From: a virus
Taxonomy: Duplodnaviria; Caudoviricetes
Length of the DNA stretch: 64,000 bases
Direction: 5' to 3' (one strand)
IMG/VR virus record: IMGVR_UViG_3300031949_000027
Coordinates: 2,437 to 66,436 of that record
The position numbers were made by a program, and so were the translations under genes. The notes beneath the pieces were generated by a model. That model did no database searches and was not told where the DNA came from. It worked only from the letters and a program-made list of their open reading frames with translations. Shown one piece after another: positions 8,623 through 18,382 of the stretch (within the stretch, counting starts at the first letter, position 1; every line of letters starts with the position of its first letter).

Positions 8623-10215
8623 ATGGATTTCGATTTACAACCAATACAATCAGACCTTTGGGATATTTACGAACACGGACCTGAAACCAAAATAGGATTT
8701 GGCGGACCGCGAGGAGGAACAAAAAGCCATAGTGCAGATGCTATGATGCTGATGAGAAGAATAAAATATCCCGGCACGAATGGATTGTTCATAATGAGAG
8801 TATATCAGGACATGATGGATATTCATATTAGACCTATGTTTGATGCTTACCCTGAACTGGAAGCCGGATTCACCAAACAGCCGGATATGATATTGAAGAT
8901 GAGCAACGGCAGTTACATTAGATTTTTATCAGGTGAGAATCTTGAATCATTTCAGAAAAGGAAAGGCAGAGGATTTGCAGATGTGATGATAGATCAGTCA
9001 GAACTATTTACAAAGGAAGAATTAGAATTTCTTTACACGATCAACAGATCAGTAAAACCCGGCATTACACCTAAAACTTTAATGTGTTTCAATCCCGGCA
9101 ACATTGGGCACGCATACCACAAGAGAGTATTTTACGATAAGATATATGAAGGTAATGAGAACCCCGAAGACTTTGCATACTTACAGGCGAAGGGATGGGA
9201 CAACGCATACTGGAGTATCAAAGAAATGGCACGATTCAAAGGACTGGAACCAAAAGAATTAAACGCCGAGCAAATACTTGAATTAGTTGAGGACTATCAT
9301 CAGCTCCCGGAGAAAGAACGATTCAACATCTTTATAAAAACAGATTACGGTAAAGTTCTTGACGGACAGCCAGAGAATAAACGGCGAGCAGAACTGTTCG
9401 GCGATATGGAAATTTTTGAAGGTATGTTCTTTGAAGACTTCCGTTATAGACATCACGTTATCAAGGATTACAAACTAAATTCATTGCGGGCAACAATGGG
9501 AGGACTGGATTATGGCAACACCACTGCATTAACGATATTGCAGAGAGATACCGAAGGGTCAATGATTGCAGCCGGAGAATGTTTCCTACCAAACCTAACA
9601 AACCCATCAGAAAGAGCAAACGAAATTACAGACTACTTGCTTGAGAAAGAACTTTATCATCTTGAAATCATATACGACACAGATATGGAAATCAGTCAGT
9701 TGAGTAATATCGGAGTTGACAAAACACCGATAGTAATATTCAGGGACATCTTCAAGCAGAGGATGGGAGATAAAGCCCCACGTATGAGAGTAGTCAATAA
9801 GAAATCACTTGATAAGAACAAACCTTATCGAACAGTAGTAAATGATGCGGTGAAAGAATACCTGCATATAAAAAGAATCTGTATCAAATGCGGTAAGGAA
9901 GTAAACAAGAAATTAAAAGAGTGTTCCCTTTGCAAATTACCACCGGCAGAACAAAGCAATTTATATGTATCAAGTGATTGCCATCAATTGATAAAGTTTT
10001 TCAGCGAGGCTATATTTGATCCAAATGATCCATCAGGCGGAGACTTTGAGCGAAATACAATGCCAAAGAAAGATCATCAATACGATAGTTTCAAATATGT
10101 ATTTATGGCATTGGTAACACCAAAGAAAAAACCAGAGGATAAAAGACCTAACTGGTTGAAGAAGATACAGCGAGAAGCACAGACAAATCAAAAACCAAAG
10201 TTTATGGGAGTATAA
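8623..10215 (+). CDS. terL: Terminase large subunit
   Basis: Walker A GGPRGGTKS, Walker B-like VMIDQSE, FNPGN coupling motif, nuclease GLDYG and DHQYDSFKY. Confidence 0.92.
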   Translation: MDFDLQPIQSDLWDIYEHGPETKIGFGGPRGGTKSHSADAMMLMRRIKYPGTNGLFIMRVYQDMMDIHIRPMFDAYPELEAGFTKQPDMILKMSNGSYIRFLSGENLESFQKRKGRGFADVMIDQSELFTKEELEFLYTINRSVKPGITPKTLMCFNPGNIGHAYHKRVFYDKIYEGNENPEDFAYLQAKGWDNAYWSIKEMARFKGLEPKELNAEQILELVEDYHQLPEKERFNIFIKTDYGKVLDGQPENKRRAELFGDMEIFEGMFFEDFRYRHHVIKDYKLNSLRATMGGLDYGNTTALTILQRDTEGSMIAAGECFLPNLTNPSERANEITDYLLEKELYHLEIIYDTDMEISQLSNIGVDKTPIVIFRDIFKQRMGDKAPRMRVVNKKSLDKNKPYRTVVNDAVKEYLHIKRICIKCGKEVNKKLKECSLCKLPPAEQSNLYVSSDCHQLIKFFSEAIFDPNDPSGGDFERNTMPKKDHQYDSFKYVFMALVTPKKKPEDKRPNWLKKIQREAQTNQKPKFMGV

Positions 10216-10221
10216 AAACAA

Positions 10222-12399
10222 ATGATAAAGCAAACTAACCGAGATTGGAATATTAGGGATGAACAAACAATCTATGAATGTATGAGGTTGTTTGAAAACA
10301 CATCAGCACAGTTCAACTCATTCTATGAAGAACAAACAGAACTATTTGATTTCACGGTAGCAAAGTTGCAATGGGAGAAAAAGATAAAAGCACAATTGGA
10401 CGCAGACGGCAGACCGGCATTTAGTTACAATCTCATCAGGACAATATTGAATGTAATATTCAGCATCGAGCGAGATAACAGAAAGAAGGGCAAAGCATCA
10501 CCGAGAACCGGAGGCGACACAGAACTTGCAATGACAATATCACAGGTCTTACAATACTATCTATACCGGGCAGGATTCAGCAAAGCACAGAAGCGAGTCT
10601 TTATGGATAAGATTGTAGCACGACTTGGAGTTTGGCATTTGGCTTGGAGATATAATGGAAGTGAAGATGAACTCGGTAGTCTGTTCATAGAATCAGTTGA
10701 CCCCAGAGGATTGGCTTGGGAACTGAACTATGACGACCCACTTTGGGAGAATAGTTCGTATGTTTTACGGAAGCACGAAAAGAGTGTTGAAGAAATAATC
10801 AACACCTATGCTTTACACGATAACGAATTGCGACAGGAAATAGAGAAGGAAGCAAAAATATTCTTTGAAGCAGATCCACAGCGAGGGAAATGGATAAGCA
10901 GAAGATTGAAAGCATTGTTCTCGGCAGTGTATGAGACGGCAACCGGATATAGCGGGAGGAACGATAACCTATTCCGAAACTACTTGCAGTGGTGGAACCC
11001 GGGAAATGGAAAGTTTGATATACTTGAACTGCACGAAAAGCGGATGGAGCGAAGATTAATAGTGAAGGATGCAAACAGGCAGAAATTGATAGACATCACA
11101 GAGCCATACCACTCAGAATACAAAGCACTTGAACTAAGACCATTTGATGGTTACGATTTCGACCCGGAGATCATCGGCAGAATAAAAGACAGATACGCAA
11201 TAGAAGGCGAAGCCGATATTGACTTAATGAACCGAAGATTTGTAACGGCAGTAATACCATCATTCTATCTGAAAGCAAATGAACAGCCTTACCCATTCGA
11301 CAGCAAATATTATGTTTACATTCCTGAATATTGCTATGACACACACGCAGACCCGATAAAACTGCAATCAGTAATTGACGACATCAAAGACCCTCAGCAG
11401 GACTTCAACAAAGCACGATCACTCATTCTTGAATTGTTAGCAAGATACAGTAACAAGGGTTGGATATTGGATGAGAACGCTATTGATGGATTGGAAGAAG
11501 ATTGGACGACCAACAGAATCACACCATACCGAAGGGTCAGAGCAGGATATATTTCAATGATAAAACCGGAAGAAGGACAGACGATCTCACCTGAACTAAT
11601 CAGGATGCCGGGAGAAACACAGCAGTTGATGAAAGTAATTACCAATGCGGATGATGAAGTAAGAGGAACAAAATCACCCGGAGTAACATCAGGCAGACAC
11701 TTTATTGCGAAAGAAGAACGACAGGCAAAGAGTTTCACTATGATCTTAGAGACAAGAGACAATGCGCAGAAAGCAGTTTATGAACTTGCACTTGATTTCA
11801 TTCAGCATTATGTAAAGACACAGGAAGTAATAAGAATCACCAGAGACATAATGCCGGGACTGGAAGAAGACAAGGAAATAGTATTGAACCAGAGAACATA
11901 CGGCAAGGATGAAAGCGGTATGCTTGAGGAAAGAGTAGTCAATGATATTGACGCATATAAATACGACATCGAAATAGCAGACGAACCATATTCAGCATCA
12001 GCACAGGAGGAGAGATACAGTAAGTTAGGCGACATTTTCAATGCAACAATAGCAGTTGACATTAAGAGAGCAGATGCAATGCTACCAATAATGGTAAGGG
12101 CAGCGGGAACACCGGAAGGAGAAAAGATACTTGAGGCTTGGAAAAAACTTGAGGAACCAACACCTCAGCAACAGCAACTACAAGAAATGATGACAAAGAT
12201 TCAGATGATAATGGCGAAGCTCGAAATAGAAGATAAGCAGGCAGAAGTAGAGGGAAAAGAACTTACCAACGTGAAGACGGCAGAAGAAATAAAAAAATTG
12301 CAAATTGAAAATGTTTTTTCTACATTAGCACCACAGAATAACGGAAACAACGGCAAACCAAAACCTAAAGACAAACAGAAAGAGGAGAAAGCAAAATGA
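10222..12399 (+). CDS. Portal protein, P22-like
   Basis: 725 aa immediately after terL; DGRPAFSYNLI..ERDNR, IKDPQQDFNK, coiled-coil C-terminus. Confidence 0.9.
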   Translation: MIKQTNRDWNIRDEQTIYECMRLFENTSAQFNSFYEEQTELFDFTVAKLQWEKKIKAQLDADGRPAFSYNLIRTILNVIFSIERDNRKKGKASPRTGGDTELAMTISQVLQYYLYRAGFSKAQKRVFMDKIVARLGVWHLAWRYNGSEDELGSLFIESVDPRGLAWELNYDDPLWENSSYVLRKHEKSVEEIINTYALHDNELRQEIEKEAKIFFEADPQRGKWISRRLKALFSAVYETATGYSGRNDNLFRNYLQWWNPGNGKFDILELHEKRMERRLIVKDANRQKLIDITEPYHSEYKALELRPFDGYDFDPEIIGRIKDRYAIEGEADIDLMNRRFVTAVIPSFYLKANEQPYPFDSKYYVYIPEYCYDTHADPIKLQSVIDDIKDPQQDFNKARSLILELLARYSNKGWILDENAIDGLEEDWTTNRITPYRRVRAGYISMIKPEEGQTISPELIRMPGETQQLMKVITNADDEVRGTKSPGVTSGRHFIAKEERQAKSFTMILETRDNAQKAVYELALDFIQHYVKTQEVIRITRDIMPGLEEDKEIVLNQRTYGKDESGMLEERVVNDIDAYKYDIEIADEPYSASAQEERYSKLGDIFNATIAVDIKRADAMLPIMVRAAGTPEGEKILEAWKKLEEPTPQQQQLQEMMTKIQMIMAKLEIEDKQAEVEGKELTNVKTAEEIKKLQIENVFSTLAPQNNGNNGKPKPKDKQKEEKAK
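11410..11484 (+). repeat. Copy 1 of a 75-bp direct repeat (portal codons 397-421); copy 2 at 12423-12497
   Basis: Manual alignment: 65/75 nt and 24/25 aa identical. Confidence 0.95.
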
Positions 12400-12527
12400 A
12401 CAGAATCCCAAAACTTACTATAAAAGCACGACCACTAATCCTTGAACTCTTGGCAAGATACAGCAACAAGGGTTGGATTCTTGATGAGAACGCTATTAAA
12501 AAATACAAGAAGAAGTATATCAAATAA
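12396..12527 (+). CDS. 43-aa microprotein carrying a portal-derived segment (absent from ORF track)
   Basis: MNRIPKLTIKARPLILELLARYSNKGWILDENAIKKYKKKYIK; GAGGAG RBS at 12382-87; ATGA coupling to the portal stop; synonymous-dominated divergence from portal. Confidence 0.8.
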   Translation: MNRIPKLTIKARPLILELLARYSNKGWILDENAIKKYKKKYIK

Positions 12528-12542
12528 AGTGAGAGTGGCAAT

Positions 12543-12770
12543 ATGAGTTTTCCAGAAATGATCTACCGAACAATAACCTTTTTATTTTCAGACCTATGGG
12601 TATATGTAGGACTGATACTTCTGATAATTACGATTAGGGGGGACATCACCATAGCAATGAAAGCAACCGGAGATTTTTTCAAAAGAGTATCGGCGAGACT
12701 ACAACAGAAAAAAATAGAAGATGCGAACCGGGAAAAGCTCAGACAGAAAGCGACACAATACAAACCTTAG
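12543..12770 (+). CDS. Small membrane protein
   Basis: Hydrophobic N-terminal helix, basic tail. Confidence 0.65.
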   Translation: MSFPEMIYRTITFLFSDLWVYVGLILLIITIRGDITIAMKATGDFFKRVSARLQQKKIEDANREKLRQKATQYKP

Positions 12771-13022
12771 ATGGAAAAAGTAAAAATACATACATTGAAA
12801 CGAGAAATCGAGGAAGCAAGGGAAAATTGCACTAACCCGGTAACAAGGGATGCACTCGACAGAATTATGAAATCAGTTCAGGTATGCCCGGCACAGTTTC
12901 TCAGAATTACGAAGATGTATGAAGAAGTATTGAAGATCAGGAACAGCAATCGGCAGATGAGCAATTTCACCAAGTTAGAAATATTAGAAAACTTCCAAGA
13001 GAAGACAGCAGCAGGATTTTAG
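12771..13022 (+). CDS. Hypothetical protein
   Basis: 83-aa ORF abutting the upstream stop. Confidence 0.65.
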   Translation: MEKVKIHTLKREIEEARENCTNPVTRDALDRIMKSVQVCPAQFLRITKMYEEVLKIRNSNRQMSNFTKLEILENFQEKTAAGF

Positions 13023-13044
13023 AAACAACAGGAAAGAACAGCAA

Positions 13045-13299
13045 ATGCGATACGAACTTTGCGAATATAAACCAATCCGGGAATTTGGTTACGGTTGGGT
13101 AGCAATATTAGAATTTGACAGCAAGGAGGAAGCTGACAAAGCAAAATTAGCCAAAGAAAATCCTAATAATTTTATGGTTAGGGAAAAAAGAGAAATCCCA
13201 AAATCATCATATCGAGGAGCGAACCCAAATCTATCAGCGACCAAACGCAGAGAATTATTTAATTCAACTGACCCCAAAGAATTCAGAAAGATAATGTGA
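13045..13299 (+). CDS. Hypothetical protein
   Basis: 84-aa ORF within the operon. Confidence 0.6.
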   Translation: MRYELCEYKPIREFGYGWVAILEFDSKEEADKAKLAKENPNNFMVREKREIPKSSYRGANPNLSATKRRELFNSTDPKEFRKIM

Positions 13300-13529
13300 T
13301 GGAAATAATAATGGGTCCTGCAACATTTATGGAACAATTCAATGATGTAAAAGAAGACAGGGAAAGGTCTATTGCATTTATTAAAGTAAGGAAAGACAGA
13401 GTATTTATAAACACTGAGATATACACTGGCAATGAAAATATAGATACTCTCGATTATTACACTAACGATTTAGCACTAATGCTTCACCTATTAAAAACCA
13501 AACATAAAATAAAGGAACAGGAACTATGA
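13296..13529 (+). CDS. Hypothetical protein
   Basis: 77-aa ORF with overlapping start and stop; start may be ATG 13299. Confidence 0.6.
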   Translation: MMEIIMGPATFMEQFNDVKEDRERSIAFIKVRKDRVFINTEIYTGNENIDTLDYYTNDLALMLHLLKTKHKIKEQEL

Positions 13530-13762
13530 AAGAATTAGCAGAACTCCTCATCCAAAAACTTGTTGACAAACCAAAGGAAGTCCGCATCGAGGAGAAGGTA
13601 GAAGAAGGAACAATCAAATTAAAAGTTCACGTAGCCACAGACGACATAGGCAAGATCGTAGGGAAGAAAGGACAGAACATAGGCGCATTGCGAACCCTCC
13701 TGAAAGCAATCGGAGCCAAGGAAAGTAAAAAGAGAGTTTTATTAGATATAGATGAGTATTGA
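13526..13762 (+). CDS. khpA: KH-domain RNA-binding protein, KhpA/YlqC (UPF0109) family
   Basis: MKELAELLIQKLVDKPKEV...DDIGKIVGKKGQNIGALRTLL; 78 aa; GxxG loop. Confidence 0.9.
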   Translation: MKELAELLIQKLVDKPKEVRIEEKVEEGTIKLKVHVATDDIGKIVGKKGQNIGALRTLLKAIGAKESKKRVLLDIDEY

Positions 13763-14144
13763 TATGTTCAAAGTTCCAGAAGAATTCAGAGTAACAAAAG
13801 AAAGAGAACCACTCATAGGGACAGATGAAACAGCAGGGAACAACGGCTGTTTTTATGCAGTGTTTCGAGGCTACCATGTAAGGATGATAGCCAGTGATGG
13901 TTTAGGATGGGAACACGTTTCGGTATCGGTCAACAGAGACAGGACACCAACTTGGGAAGTAATGAACGCCGTTAAAGATTTATTTTGGGGAGGAGAAGAT
14001 ACAGTCATTCAATATCATCCGAAGAAATCCGAGTATGTAAATTGCCATCCAAACGTATTGCATCTATGGAGACCGATAGGAATAGAACTTCCTCTCCCGG
14101 ACAAACTAATGGTAGGAATTCCAGATCAGGAAGACATCAACTAA
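13752..14144 (+). CDS. Conserved phage protein (WEHVSVS...PTW...HPNVLHLWRP family)
   Basis: Recognisable motif string; function unknown. Confidence 0.75.
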   Translation: MSIDMFKVPEEFRVTKEREPLIGTDETAGNNGCFYAVFRGYHVRMIASDGLGWEHVSVSVNRDRTPTWEVMNAVKDLFWGGEDTVIQYHPKKSEYVNCHPNVLHLWRPIGIELPLPDKLMVGIPDQEDIN

Positions 14145-14160
14145 ATAAAGGAATACAGAA

Positions 14161-14439
14161 ATGCAGAAGAAGCAAACAGAACAGCAGATCATCGAGCAGG
14201 TAAAATCAAAGTGGATTAAATTTGCAATAGTTACCAGACTACCGAAGACAGTAAGAATCACGGTAAGAAGTAAAGAAAAAGAGGACAACACAAACACATT
14301 GCTTGGGATGATAGTTTGGTTTCCACGATGGCGATGTTATGCGTATGAACCTTATCCCGCAACCATTTATGAAAAAGTATGTATGAGGGATATAGCAAAC
14401 CTTTTAGAATTACTGACAAATAACCAAAGGATAAAATAG
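14161..14439 (+). CDS. Hypothetical phage protein
   Basis: LGMIVWFPRWRCY...CMRDIA pattern. Confidence 0.7.
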   Translation: MQKKQTEQQIIEQVKSKWIKFAIVTRLPKTVRITVRSKEKEDNTNTLLGMIVWFPRWRCYAYEPYPATIYEKVCMRDIANLLELLTNNQRIK

Positions 14440-14441
14440 AA

Positions 14442-15932
14442 ATGCAGAAAAAAATATACTTGATGCTCGGTAGAATTGGCGACATACTTAATATCATTCC
14501 GGCAATAAAATACGAATCACAGCAACACAATTACAAACCTAAAGTAATTGCAGCAAAGAAATATGCAGATGTTCTTGATGGATTTAACTTTCTTGAGAAA
14601 GTAGAATTTCCCGGAGAATTCACTGACACAGCAGGAGCGGTGATATTTGCACAAAGAAATTATCCAGAATACATATTGGTAAATTGTGCAGTGTATGGCA
14701 GGAACTATAAGGTAAATAAAAAATGCAGTTCATTTCTTAGGGAGGCTTGGAGATTATCACATTGCCCGGTAGCATGGGGGAAGTTACCATTGAACGTAAC
14801 GAACAGAAATCAAGAAAGAGAAAATGCCATATTAAATTTCCTTGAGATAAGTGAAAATAAAAAGCCAATAGTTCTAACAGCGTTAAGCGGAACATCATCA
14901 CCCTTCCAATACAGAGAACTATTGTTGAATAAACTCACAGAAAGATTATGTGAAAAATTTTTAATCATTGACATATCGGAATTAAAAGCACACCGGATAT
15001 ATGATCTACTTTCGCTATACGAAAGAGCAAGATGTTTGATAGCGATAGATTCAGCCCCCCTACATTTAGCAGAAGCAATGCCGAGAACTCCGCCCAAACT
15101 TCCGGTAGTAAGTTTAATATCAGACCTGAAAGATACTTGGCATCAATCCAGTTGGAGAAGAAACCATATACTAAGAGTTCTTTATTCAGAAGTGCCAAAC
15201 AGGATGGAAGAAATAATTCAGGCAGCGATAGAGGGACATAATCTTCCAACATCGGCAATTCATTTAGTAACAAGTTCAGCAAACAATTCAGATAAAGAGA
15301 CAAAAATAAGAAAACATATTGCCTTAGCATCTTGGACTAAGGAAAGAATAATAGCAGGTTACGGCAGATGGTTTTTACATTTTTACGAGAGTAACAAAAT
15401 ACCGAAAGTAAAAAAGATGATAGATGATGCCTATCAAGAAACGTGCAGAGGAGACATCATACTAATAACCAATGCCGATATAAATTTTGTTCCCGGCATA
15501 ACAGGTTGGATATTGCACGAAACAGAAAGACACGGAGCTGTTTATTTTCATCGGCATGATTTCCCAAAGATAGAAGATAACTTCATATCAGAAGATCAGG
15601 TAGCAGAAGGCAAGTGGTATCCGGGAAGCGATACATTTGCATTTACAAAAGAATGGTGGAAAGAACATCACGAAATATTCCCTGATATGTATTTCGCAAG
15701 AGAGGCGTGGGATATGATAATGCGAAATATGATTAAGCGATCTGGAGGAGTAGAAATACACAATGCCATCTATCACGAAAAACATCCTTCATTTTGGGAA
15801 GCAAAGCAAAATAGTAATTGCAGGGAGAATCTTATAAACCGAAGTTTAGCAAAAAAATGGTTAGAACAATACGGCGGAGATTGGAACGACTGGAAATTTA
15901 CAGCACAGCAACTTAAAGGATTATACAAATGA
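14442..15932 (+). CDS. Two-domain glycosyltransferase (GT9/heptosyltransferase-like plus GT-A-like)
   Basis: GRIGDIL...P and IDSAPLHLAEA (GT9); C-terminal DIILITNADI motif. Confidence 0.7.
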   Translation: MQKKIYLMLGRIGDILNIIPAIKYESQQHNYKPKVIAAKKYADVLDGFNFLEKVEFPGEFTDTAGAVIFAQRNYPEYILVNCAVYGRNYKVNKKCSSFLREAWRLSHCPVAWGKLPLNVTNRNQERENAILNFLEISENKKPIVLTALSGTSSPFQYRELLLNKLTERLCEKFLIIDISELKAHRIYDLLSLYERARCLIAIDSAPLHLAEAMPRTPPKLPVVSLISDLKDTWHQSSWRRNHILRVLYSEVPNRMEEIIQAAIEGHNLPTSAIHLVTSSANNSDKETKIRKHIALASWTKERIIAGYGRWFLHFYESNKIPKVKKMIDDAYQETCRGDIILITNADINFVPGITGWILHETERHGAVYFHRHDFPKIEDNFISEDQVAEGKWYPGSDTFAFTKEWWKEHHEIFPDMYFAREAWDMIMRNMIKRSGGVEIHNAIYHEKHPSFWEAKQNSNCRENLINRSLAKKWLEQYGGDWNDWKFTAQQLKGLYK

Positions 15933-16603
15933 AATATGAACTTATCACTAACTTGAGAATCATACCCGGAACAGAGGGGATATTAGTCCCGGATTATGAT
16001 AATACTGCCTCAAAAGAAATTGAGAAAAAGAAACGTCTTGATTGGGACGACAACTTTTCAGGCATCGAGGAAATACAGCAACTCAAGAAAGGGGATATTG
16101 TTATTGATGCTGGAGCGTGGATAGGAGACAGCACAGAAGTATTCCTGAAAAAGGGTTGTATTGTTCACGCATTTGAACCGAGATCGGATAATTTTATTTG
16201 CTTATTGAATAATTGTCCGTATGCACAGTGCTATAACATTGCATTAGGAACTGGGGAAAATTACGGCACAGACAGGCGAGGCGGAAACACGGGCGGTTAT
16301 CCTTTGATTGGTGGGAATAAAATAACATTTCGATTAGATTCGTTTTGGAAAGGAAGATTAGCTTTCCTCAAAATTGATGTTGAAGGATATGAAGCCGAAG
16401 TATTACGTGGTGGATATTTAACTATTAAAAATCTTCATCCCACAATCCACATAGAAATAAATCCTTTCGCTCTTGCACAGTTTGGAGAGACGGCAGAATC
16501 AATAACAAATATATTTATAGATTTGGGATATAAAAATTTCAGGGAAGTTTATCGTTACAAAGAAATAACGGGGCAAGAACATTGGGACATAATAGCAAAA
16601 TGA
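15929..16603 (+). CDS. FkbM-family methyltransferase
   Basis: VIDAGAWIG, VHAFEP, FLKIDVEGYEAEVLRG. Confidence 0.9.
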   Translation: MKYELITNLRIIPGTEGILVPDYDNTASKEIEKKKRLDWDDNFSGIEEIQQLKKGDIVIDAGAWIGDSTEVFLKKGCIVHAFEPRSDNFICLLNNCPYAQCYNIALGTGENYGTDRRGGNTGGYPLIGGNKITFRLDSFWKGRLAFLKIDVEGYEAEVLRGGYLTIKNLHPTIHIEINPFALAQFGETAESITNIFIDLGYKNFREVYRYKEITGQEHWDIIAK

Positions 16604-17556
16604 AATATTTATTAATTACAACCACAGGGAACAGAAACACAGGGGACGAACTAATAAGAATCGGAGTTCAGAATCTTGTAAAAATGATAGACCCGGAAGC
16701 AGAGTTTGAATTACTTGATAAAGAGACTGATAGTTGGCAGCCAAGAGAATTTAATAAAGCAATATTATGCGGTATGCCGTTATTCTGGAACAATGAAGTA
16801 AGCACATCACAGTCAATATCTTGGTGGGGAATGATGATGAAAGGATGGATATCAGAAAGGAAAAAAGATTTTTTAATTTTAGGTGTTGGAAATGTTATTG
16901 GCGAATACATAGAAGACCTTTTCACTTATGCTACGGCAGTTCAGCAGGCAATAGACAGAGCTTTTGCAGTAACAGTAAGAAATTTTGTTGGAAATCACCC
17001 TGACCTTATAGACAGCGTTTGCCCCTCTGTATTTGCAGTAGAGGAAATAAAAGAACCAAAATATAAACTATGTAACTTTATGCCGGATGGAGCTCACGAC
17101 AGTCATTTTAATCCTAAAGAAGCAAGGATATGGCAGAATATACTTCCTGAAATAAACAGGTATTGTTTAGCAAACGATTATTATTTCATTGTTCATTCAC
17201 ATAAAGATTATAGAATAGAGAAGCCCGAAGAATTGGGATGGAATGAGGACCGGATAATTTATTTTGACACAGCAGAGGAATACCTTAATATTTATGCACA
17301 GGTTAAATGCTATTTTGGAAACAGGATGCATGGATCTGTAATAACAATGGCATTAGGAAGACCTTCATTAGCGATAGGCTATGAAAGCAGGGGATTGATG
17401 GTAAGGAAAGTTGGCGGGGAAGTAATGCTACCCTCAGAGGTTAAAATCTCCGATATAGTCAAATTAGAGAACAATAGTCCCCCCGTAATCCCGGAAATAA
17501 TAATAAATGAAGAAATAAAACTGCTTACTTTATTAAGAGAATTTATAGAGGCTTAA
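16600..17556 (+). CDS. Polysaccharide pyruvyl transferase family protein
   Basis: GNRNTGDELI, VTVRN, GNRMHGSVITMALGRP..IGYESR; ATG 16600 overlaps the upstream TGA. Confidence 0.75.
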   Translation: MKYLLITTTGNRNTGDELIRIGVQNLVKMIDPEAEFELLDKETDSWQPREFNKAILCGMPLFWNNEVSTSQSISWWGMMMKGWISERKKDFLILGVGNVIGEYIEDLFTYATAVQQAIDRAFAVTVRNFVGNHPDLIDSVCPSVFAVEEIKEPKYKLCNFMPDGAHDSHFNPKEARIWQNILPEINRYCLANDYYFIVHSHKDYRIEKPEELGWNEDRIIYFDTAEEYLNIYAQVKCYFGNRMHGSVITMALGRPSLAIGYESRGLMVRKVGGEVMLPSEVKISDIVKLENNSPPVIPEIIINEEIKLLTLLREFIEA

Positions 17557-17557
17557 A

Positions 17558-17731
17558 ATGGAACCAATAACATTGAATCATTCAGCAGAACCAGTTATAA
17601 GAGCAATAGCACTTATAGTAATGATCGCAATATCCGGCTTAGGTTGGGCGATGGTATATCAATTCAATAAAGATAATGAAGGATTGTTAGCAGAGAATAC
17701 GGTTCTTAAAAAGAAGTTGGGTAAAGAATGA
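17558..17731 (+). CDS. 57-aa single-pass membrane protein (absent from track)
   Basis: MEPITL...IALIVMIAISGLGWAMVY...KKKLGKE; fills the gap and is ATGA-coupled to the next gene. Confidence 0.6.
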   Translation: MEPITLNHSAEPVIRAIALIVMIAISGLGWAMVYQFNKDNEGLLAENTVLKKKLGKE

Positions 17732-18375
17732 AATTATTATCCTTAATAATGACGCATAAAGAAGCCGAGCCAACAGTTCTAAGGCATCCGCACCTTTGGA
17801 CAAAACACACAGGAGAAGTATTATTTATTTCACCAGTAGATAGTAAGATGAATATCCAGAATCTATTTACTGAATTGGGGATAGGGTTTGCTGAACATCA
17901 CGGCGAAATATCAGCACAGAGAATAATTAATGTTTTCAAATTTGCACTACAACAAGATTGGACTCACTTACTCTTGATGGAATACGATTCTTTCGCATTA
18001 GCATTGCCAAAAGAAGTAATGCCAGAACCGGGAGGAGTTTCAGCAGCAGTTTATTCACAGAACAAACCACATAAATACAGAGGGAAATTTTATCTTCACT
18101 ATCCGATGTTATTTACAAGAGAAGGGATGCAGAAAGTTTACGATAAATTAGACACAGTAAAAACAAAGGATAGATTTTTCTCTGATCGGTTTATCGGCAG
18201 AGCAGTTGAATACGCAAAAATACCAGTTAATAATTTACTCATAAAGAAAAAAGCATTTTCAAAAAACACAATCTTACCCGAACATTATCCAAAGCTCAGG
18301 AAAGCAGTAAAAAACGGCGCAGTATTTTTTCACGGAATCAAGGATGAAGAAACACTTAAAATAATTATAGGATGA
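17728..18375 (+). CDS. Probable glycosyltransferase-like protein
   Basis: LLLMEYDS (DxD-like) and FFHGIKD; located in the glycan cassette. Confidence 0.4.
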   Translation: MKLLSLIMTHKEAEPTVLRHPHLWTKHTGEVLFISPVDSKMNIQNLFTELGIGFAEHHGEISAQRIINVFKFALQQDWTHLLLMEYDSFALALPKEVMPEPGGVSAAVYSQNKPHKYRGKFYLHYPMLFTREGMQKVYDKLDTVKTKDRFFSDRFIGRAVEYAKIPVNNLLIKKKAFSKNTILPEHYPKLRKAVKNGAVFFHGIKDEETLKIIIG

Positions 18376-18382
18376 ATTGAAA

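Noticed and set aside
12385-12399. Programmed -1 frameshift extending the portal into the microprotein
   Set aside because: No XXXYYYZ slippery heptamer; the small ORF has its own RBS and ordinary ATGA coupling
11410-12497. Portal repeat pair as a DGR template/variable repeat
   Set aside because: Differences are not adenine-specific but mostly synonymous T/C/G changes, and no reverse transcriptase is present in the window
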